Part shown: piece by piece, positions 39,964-49,937 of the stretch | Layout: the number at the start of each line of letters is the position of its first letter | Numbering within the stretch: the stretch's first letter is position 1 | Source: Deltaproteobacteria bacterium | GTDB taxonomy: Bacteria; Myxococcota_A; UBA9160; SMWR01 | DNA: 58,332 bases | Direction: 5' to 3' | NCBI GenBank assembly: GCA_032128115.1 | Contig: JAQBHB010000034.1 | Location: 1 to 58,332, forward strand | Notes under the pieces: generated by a model | Database searches by the model: none | Told to the model about the DNA's origin: nothing | What the model saw: only the letters and a program-made list of their open reading frames with translations | Program-made: the position numbers and the translations under genes

Positions 39964-42900
39964 GTGGCACGCAACGCCGGATGGCGCGCTAGCACGATCG
40001 GTGTGATCGGCGCAGTGGCCGTGATGGGCGCTCTCGCGTTCACGGGCTCGGCCCGCGCCATCGATGTCTACATCAGCGGGCGCAACGACGGACTTCCGAG
40101 CCCCGCCGCCTCGGTGCACGGTCCCACAATCGTTCACGTGTACTTCGACAACGGCGCCACGCTGCCCGCGGCAGGCGAGGCGTGTCAGCCGGGTGTCGCG
40201 GTGCCGGACTCCCAGGAGATCTGTCAGTGGGCGGTGCGATTCGAGACCACCGGCAACCTGGTGATCAGCGATGTGGCGTGGGGGAGCGGGGTTCTCGAAG
40301 ACGACGAGCCCACACTTCCCGCCGTCAAACGCGGCGGCACCGGCGGCAACGGAATCAACGGGGAAATTGGCCCCACGAAGCTCGCCAGCGTGGCGGTGGT
40401 GGGAACCCGTGGCGTGTTGCTGCTCACCACCCCGGATGCGAATCCGCCGGACACACCGGGCGACTTCGGCTTCGTCGACAAGAACGGTGATCGCATCGTC
40501 GTCGCGAACACGCCGGGCCAGTCGGGGGTGTTGCTTGCGGCCGCGTCGGCGCTTCCCTTCCTGGGCATCTCGTCGGGTCCCGGCTCCGCCTGCGCAACCA
40601 TGGGCAATGGCGAGGTGCAGTGCTGGGTGGGGGCCATGCCGGCGCCGTCCGGGAGCTACCGCCAGGTCGCGGTCGGAAGCGGATTCGCCTGCGCCCTCGA
40701 CTTCGACGATGCAATCACCTGCACCGGCTCGCCGCCTTCGGGCATCGGCCCCAGCTACCTGCAGATCGCGGCGGGCCCCGACCACCTGTGCGGCCTGCGC
40801 CCCGACCTGGGCATCGAGTGCTTCGGCGGCACGCTCATCAGCGACCCACCCGACGATGTCTATCAGATGGTGTCGCGGGGCCTCGACTTCGCCTGCGCGC
40901 TCCGGCTCGACGGCCGCGTGGCGTGCTTCGGTTCCGACAGTCACGGCCAGGTGAGCGGTGCGGCGGCGGGACCCTTCTCGGACCTGGCCGGGGGCACCCG
41001 CCACGCGTGTGGGCTCGATGCCGCCGGCGGGGTCGAGTGCTGGGGTGATACGGCGGGCTTCGCTCCCAATTTCCCGGTGGGCATCGCCTTCGTCGAGATC
41101 TCGGCCGGCACCAACTACAGCTGCGGCATCCGGGATTCCGACGGCGGCATCCAGTGCTGGGGCTGGAATCCGCCGGCGGGCATTCCGGCGGGCGCCTATG
41201 TCGCGGTGTCGGCCGGGCCGGGCTACGCGTGCGCGGTGAACGGCGACGGCGACGCCGAGTGCTGGGGCGCACCAGATCCGCCCGACCTGGGCTTTCCCCA
41301 GGTGGCGGCGGGCGTGGATCACACCTGCCAGATCGGCAGCGGCGGCTCGCTCTCGTGCTGGAGCGACAACGGGGATGCGGGCACGCCGCCCTCGGGCAGC
41401 GGCTGGATCACACTGGACGCGGGAAACGAGTTTGCCTGTGCACTGACCTCCGGTTCCGGCGCCCCGGAGTGCTGGGGCGAGGCGCCCGCTGGGGCCCCTA
41501 CCTCCCTCACCCAGGTGGCGACTGGAGGGGCCCACGCCTGTGGCCTGCTTCCGGACGCACAGATCGACTGCTGGGGCGACGACGGCTTTGGCCAGGTGAG
41601 CAACGCGCCGCCCGGAAGCTACCTGGAGATTGCCTCGGGCCTGGATCACAGCTGTGCGGTGGCTGACAGCGGAATCGTTTCGTGCTGGGGGCGCGACGAC
41701 GAAGGGCAGACGAGTGGCGTGCCAGTGGGCGTGGCGTTCGATGCGGTGACCGCCGGCGCGTTTCACAGCTGCGGTCGCAAGCACGGCGGCGACGTGGTGT
41801 GTTGGGGACGCACGGACGAAGGGCAGGTTCCGGCGCTACCGGCAAGCTTCGCCCTGGTGAGTTCCGATTCCCTGCACAACTGCGGGCTCCGCGACGACGG
41901 CAGCGCCTCGTGCTGGGGCGACGACGACCAGGGCCAGTCGAGTCCATTCACGAGCCTCGCGTTCGCGGACGTGGATGCCGGGGGCCCTCCGACCAACCCG
42001 GGCTTTACGTGCGCGGCGAGCACCTCAGGCGCCCTGGCCTGTTGGGGCGACGATTCCGCGTCCCAGTCGGAGCCGCCCCTGGACCGGGACCACGACGGCC
42101 TGGAAGATCCGGTGGACAACTGTCCCATCGACCCCAACACCCCGATCCTCGGCAGCTGCGAAGATCGGGTCAGCACCTGCATCCCGTTCGAGACCGCGTG
42201 TGCCTCGGGTCCGTGCTTCGGCGACCAGAACGACGGGGACGGGGATGGCGTCGGCGATCTCTGCGACAACTGTCCCATGGATTCCAACCGGAACCAGTTC
42301 GATCGCGACGGCGACGGAGTGGGCGATCTGTGTGACAACTGTCTCGATGTGCCAAACTCCGGCCAGGACGACACGGCCGGCGACGGGATTGGCGATCTGT
42401 GTCTGCCCGCCGTGATTCGCGTCCAGGGTCCGACCTCACCCGTCGGCGGCGTAGGCGGCGGCTCGGCGGCCGGCGCCGGCATGGGCGACTTCTACGACAT
42501 CGTGCTCACCTGCCCGCTGCTCTTCACGATCTCGCGCATCGAGATGGGGGTTTCGTTTCCCACCGAGATCGTTCCCACCACGGCGGTTTTCGGGGGACCC
42601 TCGGGCGGCGTCGGCTGCAACGCGACGAATTGCAGCGCCGCCAGCGAGATCGACGCAAAGGTGGATGCCCTGCAGTCGCGCTACCTGGGCGTGGGCGGCT
42701 CGGCCACGGCGCCCGGCGGGGCCGCGGACGTGGGCTACTTCTCGCTGGTGGGCACGAATTCCGGGGGCGTCGCCGACCTGTGCCAGGGTGAGGACGAGGT
42801 GACGCTCGTCCGCATCGGTGTGCCCATGCTGGCCGCGGACGGCTCGGCCCAGATCACCGAGAACGGCGTGGTAAGCGTGGCCGCGAACCTGCCCAACTAC

Positions 42901-43968
42901 GACGGTCGCGGCTTCGAGGGGCCGGGCTTCGCGGGCGCGGGCGGCGACGAGATCCTTGGCAGCAACTGGGCCTATGCCATCGGTCCTGACGATGCGGCCG
43001 TGCGCGTCGTCGTATCGCCCGCGCCGGGGGACAACACCGGAGAGATGTTCGTGGTGAAGCTCGATACGTCGCTGGAGGTGCGCGAGGTCACCTTCGGTCT
43101 GGCGCTGGCGCCGGGCTCCACCCCGGGTAGCTACCTGCTTTCGGGCTGCAACGCCCAGGCGGGCAAGGCGCCGGTGCTTGGCGAGCCGAACCTGCGCTGC
43201 GACGCCACGGGTGCCCTGGGGCCCTCGGTGGCCGGCGCCGGTTCCTGGACCCAGGGCCCCGCGGTCTTCCTGCCTGGAAACGCGTCGGGCAAGTCGACGA
43301 TGTTCGTACACCTGGAGGGAAACCTCCCGGCGACGCCGCCCACCGTGGGCACCACCTTGGTGAACGTGACCGATCCGGACCCGGACTCACGCCACCGGGT
43401 GACCCTGGGCTTCCTGAGCGTCCCCGCCAGCGAAGCCGGCATCACGCCCACGCCTACCTTCGAAGGTGTCACCGCCTGGGGCCCCGCCTTCGTGCTGGCC
43501 AATGGGGTGAGCCACCCGCTGACGGACGTGAGTCTCAACGGAACGCGAGCGGCCAGCGAAGACGCGGACGTGGACCGGATCTCGAACGACACCGACAACT
43601 GCCGATTCGCGCGCAACGGGCCCGACGAGACGAGTCCCCAGCGCGATCAGGGTGGCCTCAACCAGACCTTTGCCGACGGCCGCGGCGACGCCTGCCAGTG
43701 CGGGGAGGCCGCGGGTGACGGCGAGATCTTCGCTCTGGATCTGCTGGCCCTGCGAACGGTTCTGGCCGGGGGCGACGCGCCCCCGGGCGAGACCCTGGCG
43801 GGCGTGCTCGCGCGCTGCAGCGTAGACAGCTCCGCCCTGGGCGCACCGCCGGATCCCACCGGCTGCAACATCAAGGATCTGGTGGTCCTGCAGCGGGCCC
43901 TGGCTGGGGTGAGCGACCTGGCGTCGGTTTGCTTGCGCGCATCCGCTGGAGGATTGGGTGCGGACTGA
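39964..43968 (+). CDS. Giant secreted protein: 14 RCC1-like repeats, TSP3 Ca-binding repeats, dockerin-like C-terminus
   Basis: Signal peptide ending SARA; repeats h-x-x-G-x-x-H/F-x-C...G...CWG; DGDGVGDLCDNC repeats; start uncertain. Confidence 0.82.
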   Translation: MARNAGWRASTIGVIGAVAVMGALAFTGSARAIDVYISGRNDGLPSPAASVHGPTIVHVYFDNGATLPAAGEACQPGVAVPDSQEICQWAVRFETTGNLVISDVAWGSGVLEDDEPTLPAVKRGGTGGNGINGEIGPTKLASVAVVGTRGVLLLTTPDANPPDTPGDFGFVDKNGDRIVVANTPGQSGVLLAAASALPFLGISSGPGSACATMGNGEVQCWVGAMPAPSGSYRQVAVGSGFACALDFDDAITCTGSPPSGIGPSYLQIAAGPDHLCGLRPDLGIECFGGTLISDPPDDVYQMVSRGLDFACALRLDGRVACFGSDSHGQVSGAAAGPFSDLAGGTRHACGLDAAGGVECWGDTAGFAPNFPVGIAFVEISAGTNYSCGIRDSDGGIQCWGWNPPAGIPAGAYVAVSAGPGYACAVNGDGDAECWGAPDPPDLGFPQVAAGVDHTCQIGSGGSLSCWSDNGDAGTPPSGSGWITLDAGNEFACALTSGSGAPECWGEAPAGAPTSLTQVATGGAHACGLLPDAQIDCWGDDGFGQVSNAPPGSYLEIASGLDHSCAVADSGIVSCWGRDDEGQTSGVPVGVAFDAVTAGAFHSCGRKHGGDVVCWGRTDEGQVPALPASFALVSSDSLHNCGLRDDGSASCWGDDDQGQSSPFTSLAFADVDAGGPPTNPGFTCAASTSGALACWGDDSASQSEPPLDRDHDGLEDPVDNCPIDPNTPILGSCEDRVSTCIPFETACASGPCFGDQNDGDGDGVGDLCDNCPMDSNRNQFDRDGDGVGDLCDNCLDVPNSGQDDTAGDGIGDLCLPAVIRVQGPTSPVGGVGGGSAAGAGMGDFYDIVLTCPLLFTISRIEMGVSFPTEIVPTTAVFGGPSGGVGCNATNCSAASEIDAKVDALQSRYLGVGGSATAPGGAADVGYFSLVGTNSGGVADLCQGEDEVTLVRIGVPMLAADGSAQITENGVVSVAANLPNYDGRGFEGPGFAGAGGDEILGSNWAYAIGPDDAAVRVVVSPAPGDNTGEMFVVKLDTSLEVREVTFGLALAPGSTPGSYLLSGCNAQAGKAPVLGEPNLRCDATGALGPSVAGAGSWTQGPAVFLPGNASGKSTMFVHLEGNLPATPPTVGTTLVNVTDPDPDSRHRVTLGFLSVPASEAGITPTPTFEGVTAWGPAFVLANGVSHPLTDVSLNGTRAASEDADVDRISNDTDNCRFARNGPDETSPQRDQGGLNQTFADGRGDACQCGEAAGDGEIFALDLLALRTVLAGGDAPPGETLAGVLARCSVDSSALGAPPDPTGCNIKDLVVLQRALAGVSDLASVCLRASAGGLGAD

Positions 43969-46816
43969 CCTGGCACAGACTGGCTTCGCGGCCCTGGTAC
44001 TCTGGGCCGTCGCCGCCTCTGCGTTCGCCCAGGCGCCCGCGCCTTCCATCGTGTCCGACGGATCCACCGGAACCACTGTGGGATTCAGCGTCGACGGGGC
44101 GGACGGCAGCCAGCACTACAGCATCCTCGATGGTCGCTTCAGCGAGGATGGCAGCAATCTCTTCCACAGCTTCACGCTGTTCAGCCTGTTCGGCGGCGGC
44201 GATACGGCCACATTCGCGTCCGATGCTGCGCCCCAGCGCGTGATCGCCCGCGTCACGGGAACATCGTCGGGCTGCGGCATCGCGTGCGCGTCGACGATCA
44301 ACGGTACGCTCCGCTCGAGCGTTCCGGGCGCCGACCTCTATTTCGTGAACCCGTTCGGAATCGACTTCGGCGACGGGGCCCGACTCGATGTGCAGGGTTC
44401 GTTCCACGGCAGCACCGCCGACGTGGTGCGCTTCGACGGGGCGGATTTCGACGCCCGCAACGCGGTCTGGGACGATGGCCTGTTGCAGACGGCGGCTCCC
44501 GTTGCGTTCGGCTTCCTGACGCCAGATCCGGCGTCCATCACCTTCGGCCCGGGCGACGACGTGGGCGTCCCTGCGGGCGAGAGCTTCTCGTTGGTTGGCG
44601 GCGACATCACGGTCTTCAGCAACGACGGCTTCGGCACCACGGGGATCAGGGCGCCGGGCGGCAACGTGCAGATCGCCGCCGTCGCGGCGGCCGCCGAGAT
44701 TCCGCTGGATGCGAACGGCACCCCGGATCTGGGCTCGATCGATCCGGGCGCCCTCGAGCCCGGCACGTTGGGCGGAGTCGCCATCCAGTCCGGCGTGGCC
44801 GTGGATGTGAGCGGCGACGGCGAGACGCCGGCGGGCAGCATCGTGATCCGCGCCGGCCGATTCTTCCTGGTGGGCGGCGCCCGCACGGGCGAAAGCAGTC
44901 TGACCTCGGTGCACCTGCTGGCCGATGACGCGCCGGAGGCCGGCGTCATCGACGTGGCGGCCTCCGAATCGATCCAGGTGCGAGGCTCGCGCATCACCAC
45001 GTTCGCGGGATCGAGCGGTGATTCGGCTGCGATCTCGCTGGTGGCTCCCGACGTGGATGTGAGCACCTCGTTCATCGAGACCCTGTCGTTCGGATCCGGG
45101 GCCGGGGGAGACATCCACCTGGGCGGCGGTCAGGTGACCGTTCGCGACGGGGCCCTGGTGAACAGCTTCGGTTTCGCGGACGGCCCGTCGGGCGAGCTCA
45201 CGCTGACGGCGAATGGCCTCGACGTTCGCGACGGTGGGCAGGTCGGTTCCCAGGCCCTGGGAACCGGTCCGGGGGGCTCGATCCACATTCACGCCGACGC
45301 GCTCCGCGTGTCCAACGAGGGCAACGCCGCACAGGGGGCACTGATCTTCACAAGTACGGCGGGCGCGGCGGAACGCGGGGGTGACATCGCAATCGAGGCG
45401 GGAAGCGTCGATCTCCTGGCGGGCGGGCAGATCAACGCCCAGACCTTCGGCAGTGGTGATGCCGGCGATGTGCGCGTGGATGCGGACACGGTGCGCCTCG
45501 AGGGCGGCGACACCGCTACCGGCCCCTTCACGCCTTCGGCGATCACGAGTCGCTCCGGCGAGCCCGACCAGTCGGGAGCGACCGGTCGCGGGGGCCTCAT
45601 CTCCATCGACACACGTATCCTCGAGGTGCGCGACGGCGCCCAGATCTCGAGCGCCACCTTCACCGCCGCCGACGCCGGGCCCAGCGAGATCGTGGACGGG
45701 GTCCTGGTGGTCCGCGGAGTCGAGATCAACGCGTCGGAGCGGGTCAGTGTGGAGGGCGGCGACAATGGCGTGGGCCTGATCTCGGCGGCCTCGAATCGCA
45801 ACCCGAACAGCTCAGAAGTGGGACGAGGAGGCAATCTGACGATCCAGACCGACGTGCTCGAGCTGCGCCGCGGCGGCCAGGTGACCGCCAGCGCCAGCGG
45901 CACAGGTGACGCGGGCGACGTGGTGGTGATGGCGCGCCAGATCGAGATCTCGGGCTCGACGCCCGACGCCGGCGGCGGCCTGGCGAATCCGTCGGCGATC
46001 TTCTCGCGCTCCAGCACACAAGACGTCCTCGAAGGGGGCCGGGGCGGCGACATTCGCATGGAGGCGAGCGAGAGCCTGGTGCTGAGCGACGGCGGCACCG
46101 TGTCGGTTTCCACCAACGGCACTGGCGACTCGGGGCGAATCCGCATCGACGCCGGTGAATCAGTGACGTTGTTCAATGGCTCGGTCATCAGCGCCACCTC
46201 CCTGGGCACGGGGGTGGCCGGCAACATCGACATCGACGCTGGGCAGGTCTTCGCGATCGGCGACAGCACCGTCACCACCGAGGCGACCCAGTCCACCGGC
46301 GGCCAGATCCGTATCCAGGCCGAGCAGATCGTGAACCTGGTCGACAGCAGCATCGAGACCAGCGTGTTCCAGGGCGAGGGCGACGGAGGCGACATCAGCA
46401 TCGATCCGGAGTTCGTGCTGCTCAACCGGAGCGAGATCCGCGCCAACACCGAGAACGGAACTGGCGGCAACATCCGCATCACCGCCGGGCTGTTCATCGC
46501 GTCGGCCGACAGCGCCGTGACGGCCGCGGCAACCGGGGAGCTGGGAGTCGATGGCGAGGTCGAGATCCAGGCGCCGCAGACCACCCTGGTGGGCCAGGTG
46601 CAGCCGTTGCCCGGCTCGTTCCTCGACGCCGCGTCCCTGATCCAGAGCGCGTGCGCGGCGCGCACCGCACGCGAAGGAAGCTTCGTGGTGCAGGCGACCG
46701 GCGCCGTGCTGCCGCCGCCCGACGCGGTGCTGTGGCCCGGCGACGCGGAGGGTCTGGCAGCCGTGGCGGCAGCGCCCGGCGTCGCTGATTGCCCGACCTC
46801 GGAGGAGAGCCCGTGA
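43958..46816 (+). CDS. Filamentous haemagglutinin N-terminal (TPS) domain beta-helical protein
   Basis: Signal peptide (ASAFAQ), NLFHSF, ARVTG, ADLYFVNPFGIDFG, repeated G.GG.I.I motifs. Confidence 0.85.
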   Translation: MRTDLAQTGFAALVLWAVAASAFAQAPAPSIVSDGSTGTTVGFSVDGADGSQHYSILDGRFSEDGSNLFHSFTLFSLFGGGDTATFASDAAPQRVIARVTGTSSGCGIACASTINGTLRSSVPGADLYFVNPFGIDFGDGARLDVQGSFHGSTADVVRFDGADFDARNAVWDDGLLQTAAPVAFGFLTPDPASITFGPGDDVGVPAGESFSLVGGDITVFSNDGFGTTGIRAPGGNVQIAAVAAAAEIPLDANGTPDLGSIDPGALEPGTLGGVAIQSGVAVDVSGDGETPAGSIVIRAGRFFLVGGARTGESSLTSVHLLADDAPEAGVIDVAASESIQVRGSRITTFAGSSGDSAAISLVAPDVDVSTSFIETLSFGSGAGGDIHLGGGQVTVRDGALVNSFGFADGPSGELTLTANGLDVRDGGQVGSQALGTGPGGSIHIHADALRVSNEGNAAQGALIFTSTAGAAERGGDIAIEAGSVDLLAGGQINAQTFGSGDAGDVRVDADTVRLEGGDTATGPFTPSAITSRSGEPDQSGATGRGGLISIDTRILEVRDGAQISSATFTAADAGPSEIVDGVLVVRGVEINASERVSVEGGDNGVGLISAASNRNPNSSEVGRGGNLTIQTDVLELRRGGQVTASASGTGDAGDVVVMARQIEISGSTPDAGGGLANPSAIFSRSSTQDVLEGGRGGDIRMEASESLVLSDGGTVSVSTNGTGDSGRIRIDAGESVTLFNGSVISATSLGTGVAGNIDIDAGQVFAIGDSTVTTEATQSTGGQIRIQAEQIVNLVDSSIETSVFQGEGDGGDISIDPEFVLLNRSEIRANTENGTGGNIRITAGLFIASADSAVTAAATGELGVDGEVEIQAPQTTLVGQVQPLPGSFLDAASLIQSACAARTAREGSFVVQATGAVLPPPDAVLWPGDAEGLAAVAAAPGVADCPTSEESP

Positions 46817-47484
46817 GGCGCCTGGCCCTCGCGCTGCTGGTGGCTGCCGGGGTGGCCGTTCCGGGTCGGGGGCTCGCGGGCGTGCCGGTGGTCTACGACC
46901 AGTCCGCCGGGCCCACTGGCATCAAGGCGCTTGGCGCGTCGAATTTCGAAACCATCGATCTGGTCATCGATGGCGGCCCGAACTCGAGCGATCTGGAGAG
47001 CGAGGGCGATCCGATCATCCTCTGCAAGAACGCCAACGGCGACGAGCTGTGCGGCATCGACCTTTCGGTGATCGTGGAGGGCGACGGCCGTATCGTCGAC
47101 TACTTCGAAGGCGGCGGAGAGGGCGAGGGCCCGTTCATCGTGCACCATCCCGATGGCGAGTTCAGTCCCACGTCCACGTTCCGGCTGAACCTGCTCCAGG
47201 CCGACCCCGATTCCCCCCCCTTTGCCGGGCAGATCTACCTGGGCATGCTGGTCCTCGACACCTTCGACAACGGCCCCCTCACCGCCACGGTGAGAGCGAG
47301 CGGCCAGTTCGTGGGCGCCGATGGTGTGCTGCGTTCGATCCCGTCGCGGGTGATTGCGAATCGCCCGGTCGTGATCCCGGAGCCGCCCGGCGCCCTGATG
47401 CTGTGGACGGGCATCGCCGGGCTCGCGCTGCTGCATCGCCTGCGGCAGCGGAAATCGGATGCCTGCCAGGCCTATCGGCCCTGA
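46813..47484 (+). CDS. PEP-CTERM sorting-signal protein
   Basis: GGAGGAG SD, signal peptide, C-terminal IPEPPGALMLWTGIAGLALLHRLRQRK. Confidence 0.8.
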   Translation: MRRLALALLVAAGVAVPGRGLAGVPVVYDQSAGPTGIKALGASNFETIDLVIDGGPNSSDLESEGDPIILCKNANGDELCGIDLSVIVEGDGRIVDYFEGGGEGEGPFIVHHPDGEFSPTSTFRLNLLQADPDSPPFAGQIYLGMLVLDTFDNGPLTATVRASGQFVGADGVLRSIPSRVIANRPVVIPEPPGALMLWTGIAGLALLHRLRQRKSDACQAYRP

Positions 47485-49730
47485 CGGACGCGGGCTGCGC
47501 CCGACAACATCAGCCAGGACCCGGCGTAGAGAGCGGCCGCCAGCAGCACCAGCGAGCGGGTGCCGAGCGCCATGGTGGAATACTCGATCCAGCCGCCGAG
47601 CACCGAACCCAGGATGTTGGCCCCGATGGCCGGCGCCGCCCACTGTACGTTCCGGAACGAGCGGGCGAACACCAGGCCGGCGAAGTAGACGGGCGAGAGA
47701 AGCGCCAGGCCGAAGGCCAGGGCCGCCGAGGTGCCGCCTCCCAGCGCCATGGCCGGGTCGATCGCGAAGCTCGCGGCCAGACTCGCCGCCAGCAGCGTGT
47801 AGGCCATCGGGTAGGGAACGCCCTGGCGCGTGGCCAACGTGGTGACGTTGGCGAGCACCACCAGCACCAGCACCAGCGCGATGGTTACGCCCGAGACCAA
47901 CCACGTGGTGCCGAACAGCAGCGCCAGCCGGTTGATGGCGTGCACCTCCATCAACAGGAAGGCAGCTCCCAGCAGGAACAAGTGGCCGTGGTGCGAAGTG
48001 AAACGCTCGAGGCTCAGGCCATTCCAGCGCAGCACCCACACCGACGCGAGGGCGAGGCACCCCACCACCCACAGGTAGGCGGCGGGAATCCCCCGATTCG
48101 GCAGGTACAGGAAGGGCCAATCGTCGCTGGGAAGGGTGACGTCCTCGGGGGGTGGCCACCCGCGGGAGGGATCGGTCACGCGGCCGATGAACGTCTGCCA
48201 CGCCCCGTGGCGCATCTCGATCACGTCCCCCCCCACGGCCGTTTCCAGCAGAGCCCGGAAGCGCTCGCGAAACCACGGCCGAAAACTGGCCGCGGTGATC
48301 ACGAGCGAACCTCCGGGTTTTACCAGTCGGCGCGCCTCGGCCAGGCTCTCCAGGGTGAAGACATAGTTGTCCAGTCGCACGCTCGACATGCCCAGCTGGG
48401 TGTGGGAGTCGAGCAGGCCGAACATCACCACGTCATACGATCCCGGCGGCTCCACCCGGAAGCGATGGCGTGCATCATCCACGATCACTCGCACTCGAGG
48501 GTCGTCGTAGGGACGCTCCGGATGCCAGCGGCGTCCGAGCTCCACGATGGCCGGGTCGATATCCACCGCGTCCACATGCTGCGCCCCGGCCCGAAGCGTG
48601 GCCGCCACGTCGTTGCCGGTGCCGGCGCCCACGATCAGCACGCGGTCGGGCCGCGGGATCTCCCGGAAGATCGCGTCGTAGTGGGGCATCGGGTCTTCGC
48701 CCGTGCGCGCCAGGGTCTCGGGCCGGCGGTCGACGGCGATCTGGTAGAAGACGTCTGAGATCTCCAGCAGCAGCGCCTCGCTGCCCGGGCCCGCCTCGGG
48801 CGTCGGCAGCCGGTGGGCCACCAGCTTCTGGTAGCGCGACCACACCGTCTCGCCGACGCTCGGAAACACGGCCATCGCGGCCACGGCGATCAGGACCAGC
48901 GCGGTGGCGGTGGCGCGACCCGTCGGCAGCCACCACAGCAGGGGCAGCAGCCCCGCAGCGAACCACAGCCACGGCGGCGTCTCGAGCACGCTGATGGCAA
49001 GAAAGGCCAGGATCCCCGCCAGGCTGCCCACGATGTTCACCGTGTAGCCGGGCAGGCGTGGCACCCGCTCGAAGGCGTCGCCAAGCAGGCGTCCGAGTCG
49101 GGCGAAGAGCAGGGTGATGGCCACCAGGGTCCAGACGCAGAAGGCGGCCATGGCCAGCTGGTTGGCCAGCGCCGCGCCCCACGACACCTCTGCGGGCAGG
49201 CCATCCCCCAGGATGTGTTCGCTGCTTCCGGTGGACGCGATGGTGCCGAGAGCGCTGCCCATCACGAACGAGCCCGCCGACAGGAAGACGGCCAGCGGCA
49301 CCAGCCACAACAGGAACTGCAGCACGTGACGGCCCCGACCGGCCGCCAGGCAGCAGCCGAGCCCGAGTCCCAGATAGGCGCCGATCAGCGGCACGTTCTT
49401 GTAGAAGGCGAAGATCCGGATCTGCGAATTGCAGTAGCGGATCAACATCAGCTCGATGAACAGGGCCACGAAGCTGGCGAGAAAGAGCGTGGCGTAGGGG
49501 TGGGTGCCCGCGCGATCGGCCGTCTCGTCCGGGATGGAAAAGCCGCAGCGGAAGGCCAGGGCCACCGCGCCCGCCAGCAGCAGAAGCCCCGCACCCTCTC
49601 CGACCACGATGGCCCGGGCGGGCGACAGGGACGCGGCTCCCTCGGCGCTCCACAGGGCGCCCCCTGCCAGCAGCAGGCCGAGCCCCAGGAGCACCGAAAC
49701 CTCGAGCCAATACGGCGGCGATTTCGGCAC
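47472..49730 (-). CDS. Membrane-embedded spermidine-synthase-like SAM-dependent transferase
   Basis: LFIELMLIR TM block, RVLIVGAGTGND, VDIDP, DDAR, SDDWPFLY, LGAAFLLMEV, GANILG. Confidence 0.82.
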   Translation of the reverse strand: MPKSPPYWLEVSVLLGLGLLLAGGALWSAEGAASLSPARAIVVGEGAGLLLLAGAVALAFRCGFSIPDETADRAGTHPYATLFLASFVALFIELMLIRYCNSQIRIFAFYKNVPLIGAYLGLGLGCCLAAGRGRHVLQFLLWLVPLAVFLSAGSFVMGSALGTIASTGSSEHILGDGLPAEVSWGAALANQLAMAAFCVWTLVAITLLFARLGRLLGDAFERVPRLPGYTVNIVGSLAGILAFLAISVLETPPWLWFAAGLLPLLWWLPTGRATATALVLIAVAAMAVFPSVGETVWSRYQKLVAHRLPTPEAGPGSEALLLEISDVFYQIAVDRRPETLARTGEDPMPHYDAIFREIPRPDRVLIVGAGTGNDVAATLRAGAQHVDAVDIDPAIVELGRRWHPERPYDDPRVRVIVDDARHRFRVEPPGSYDVVMFGLLDSHTQLGMSSVRLDNYVFTLESLAEARRLVKPGGSLVITAASFRPWFRERFRALLETAVGGDVIEMRHGAWQTFIGRVTDPSRGWPPPEDVTLPSDDWPFLYLPNRGIPAAYLWVVGCLALASVWVLRWNGLSLERFTSHHGHLFLLGAAFLLMEVHAINRLALLFGTTWLVSGVTIALVLVLVVLANVTTLATRQGVPYPMAYTLLAASLAASFAIDPAMALGGGTSAALAFGLALLSPVYFAGLVFARSFRNVQWAAPAIGANILGSVLGGWIEYSTMALGTRSLVLLAAALYAGSWLMLSGAARVRQGR

Positions 49731-49937
49731 CCGGCTTGCGACCTCGCTCCTCGCCCCGAGTGTAGGCGAGTCGGCGGCGACCCGGAGGCGGACCTGGGGT
49801 TTTGGCAGTACGCAACTTTCACCAGCAACTATCTGGTTTCAATGATTTTCCAAGACCCGCCCGGATTCTCGCGTCGGTTCGGTTCAGGACACCCGCTCGC
49901 CCTGCCGACAAGCGCAGATGGGCCTCTGGGAGAACCG

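Noticed and set aside
38083..41784. 1233-aa minus-strand ORF
   Set aside because: Shadow frame of real genes in high-GC DNA; Arg/Ala/Pro-rich with no motifs.
40560..42405. Recurring TGCTGGGG and GACAACTGT motifs as a DNA repeat array or DGR
   Set aside because: Explained by RCC1-like and TSP3 protein repeats; no reverse transcriptase or template/variable repeat pair was seen.
49802..49820. Sigma54 promoter at TTGGCAGT
   Set aside because: No TTGC -12 element at the required spacing.
48813..49937. Long N-terminal extension of the GGDEF/EAL ORF (likewise for metG, oppD, TetR, bactofilin, rsmA and the GT-C gene)
   Set aside because: The extensions overlap other genes and lack domain signal; downstream starts fit the domain boundaries.
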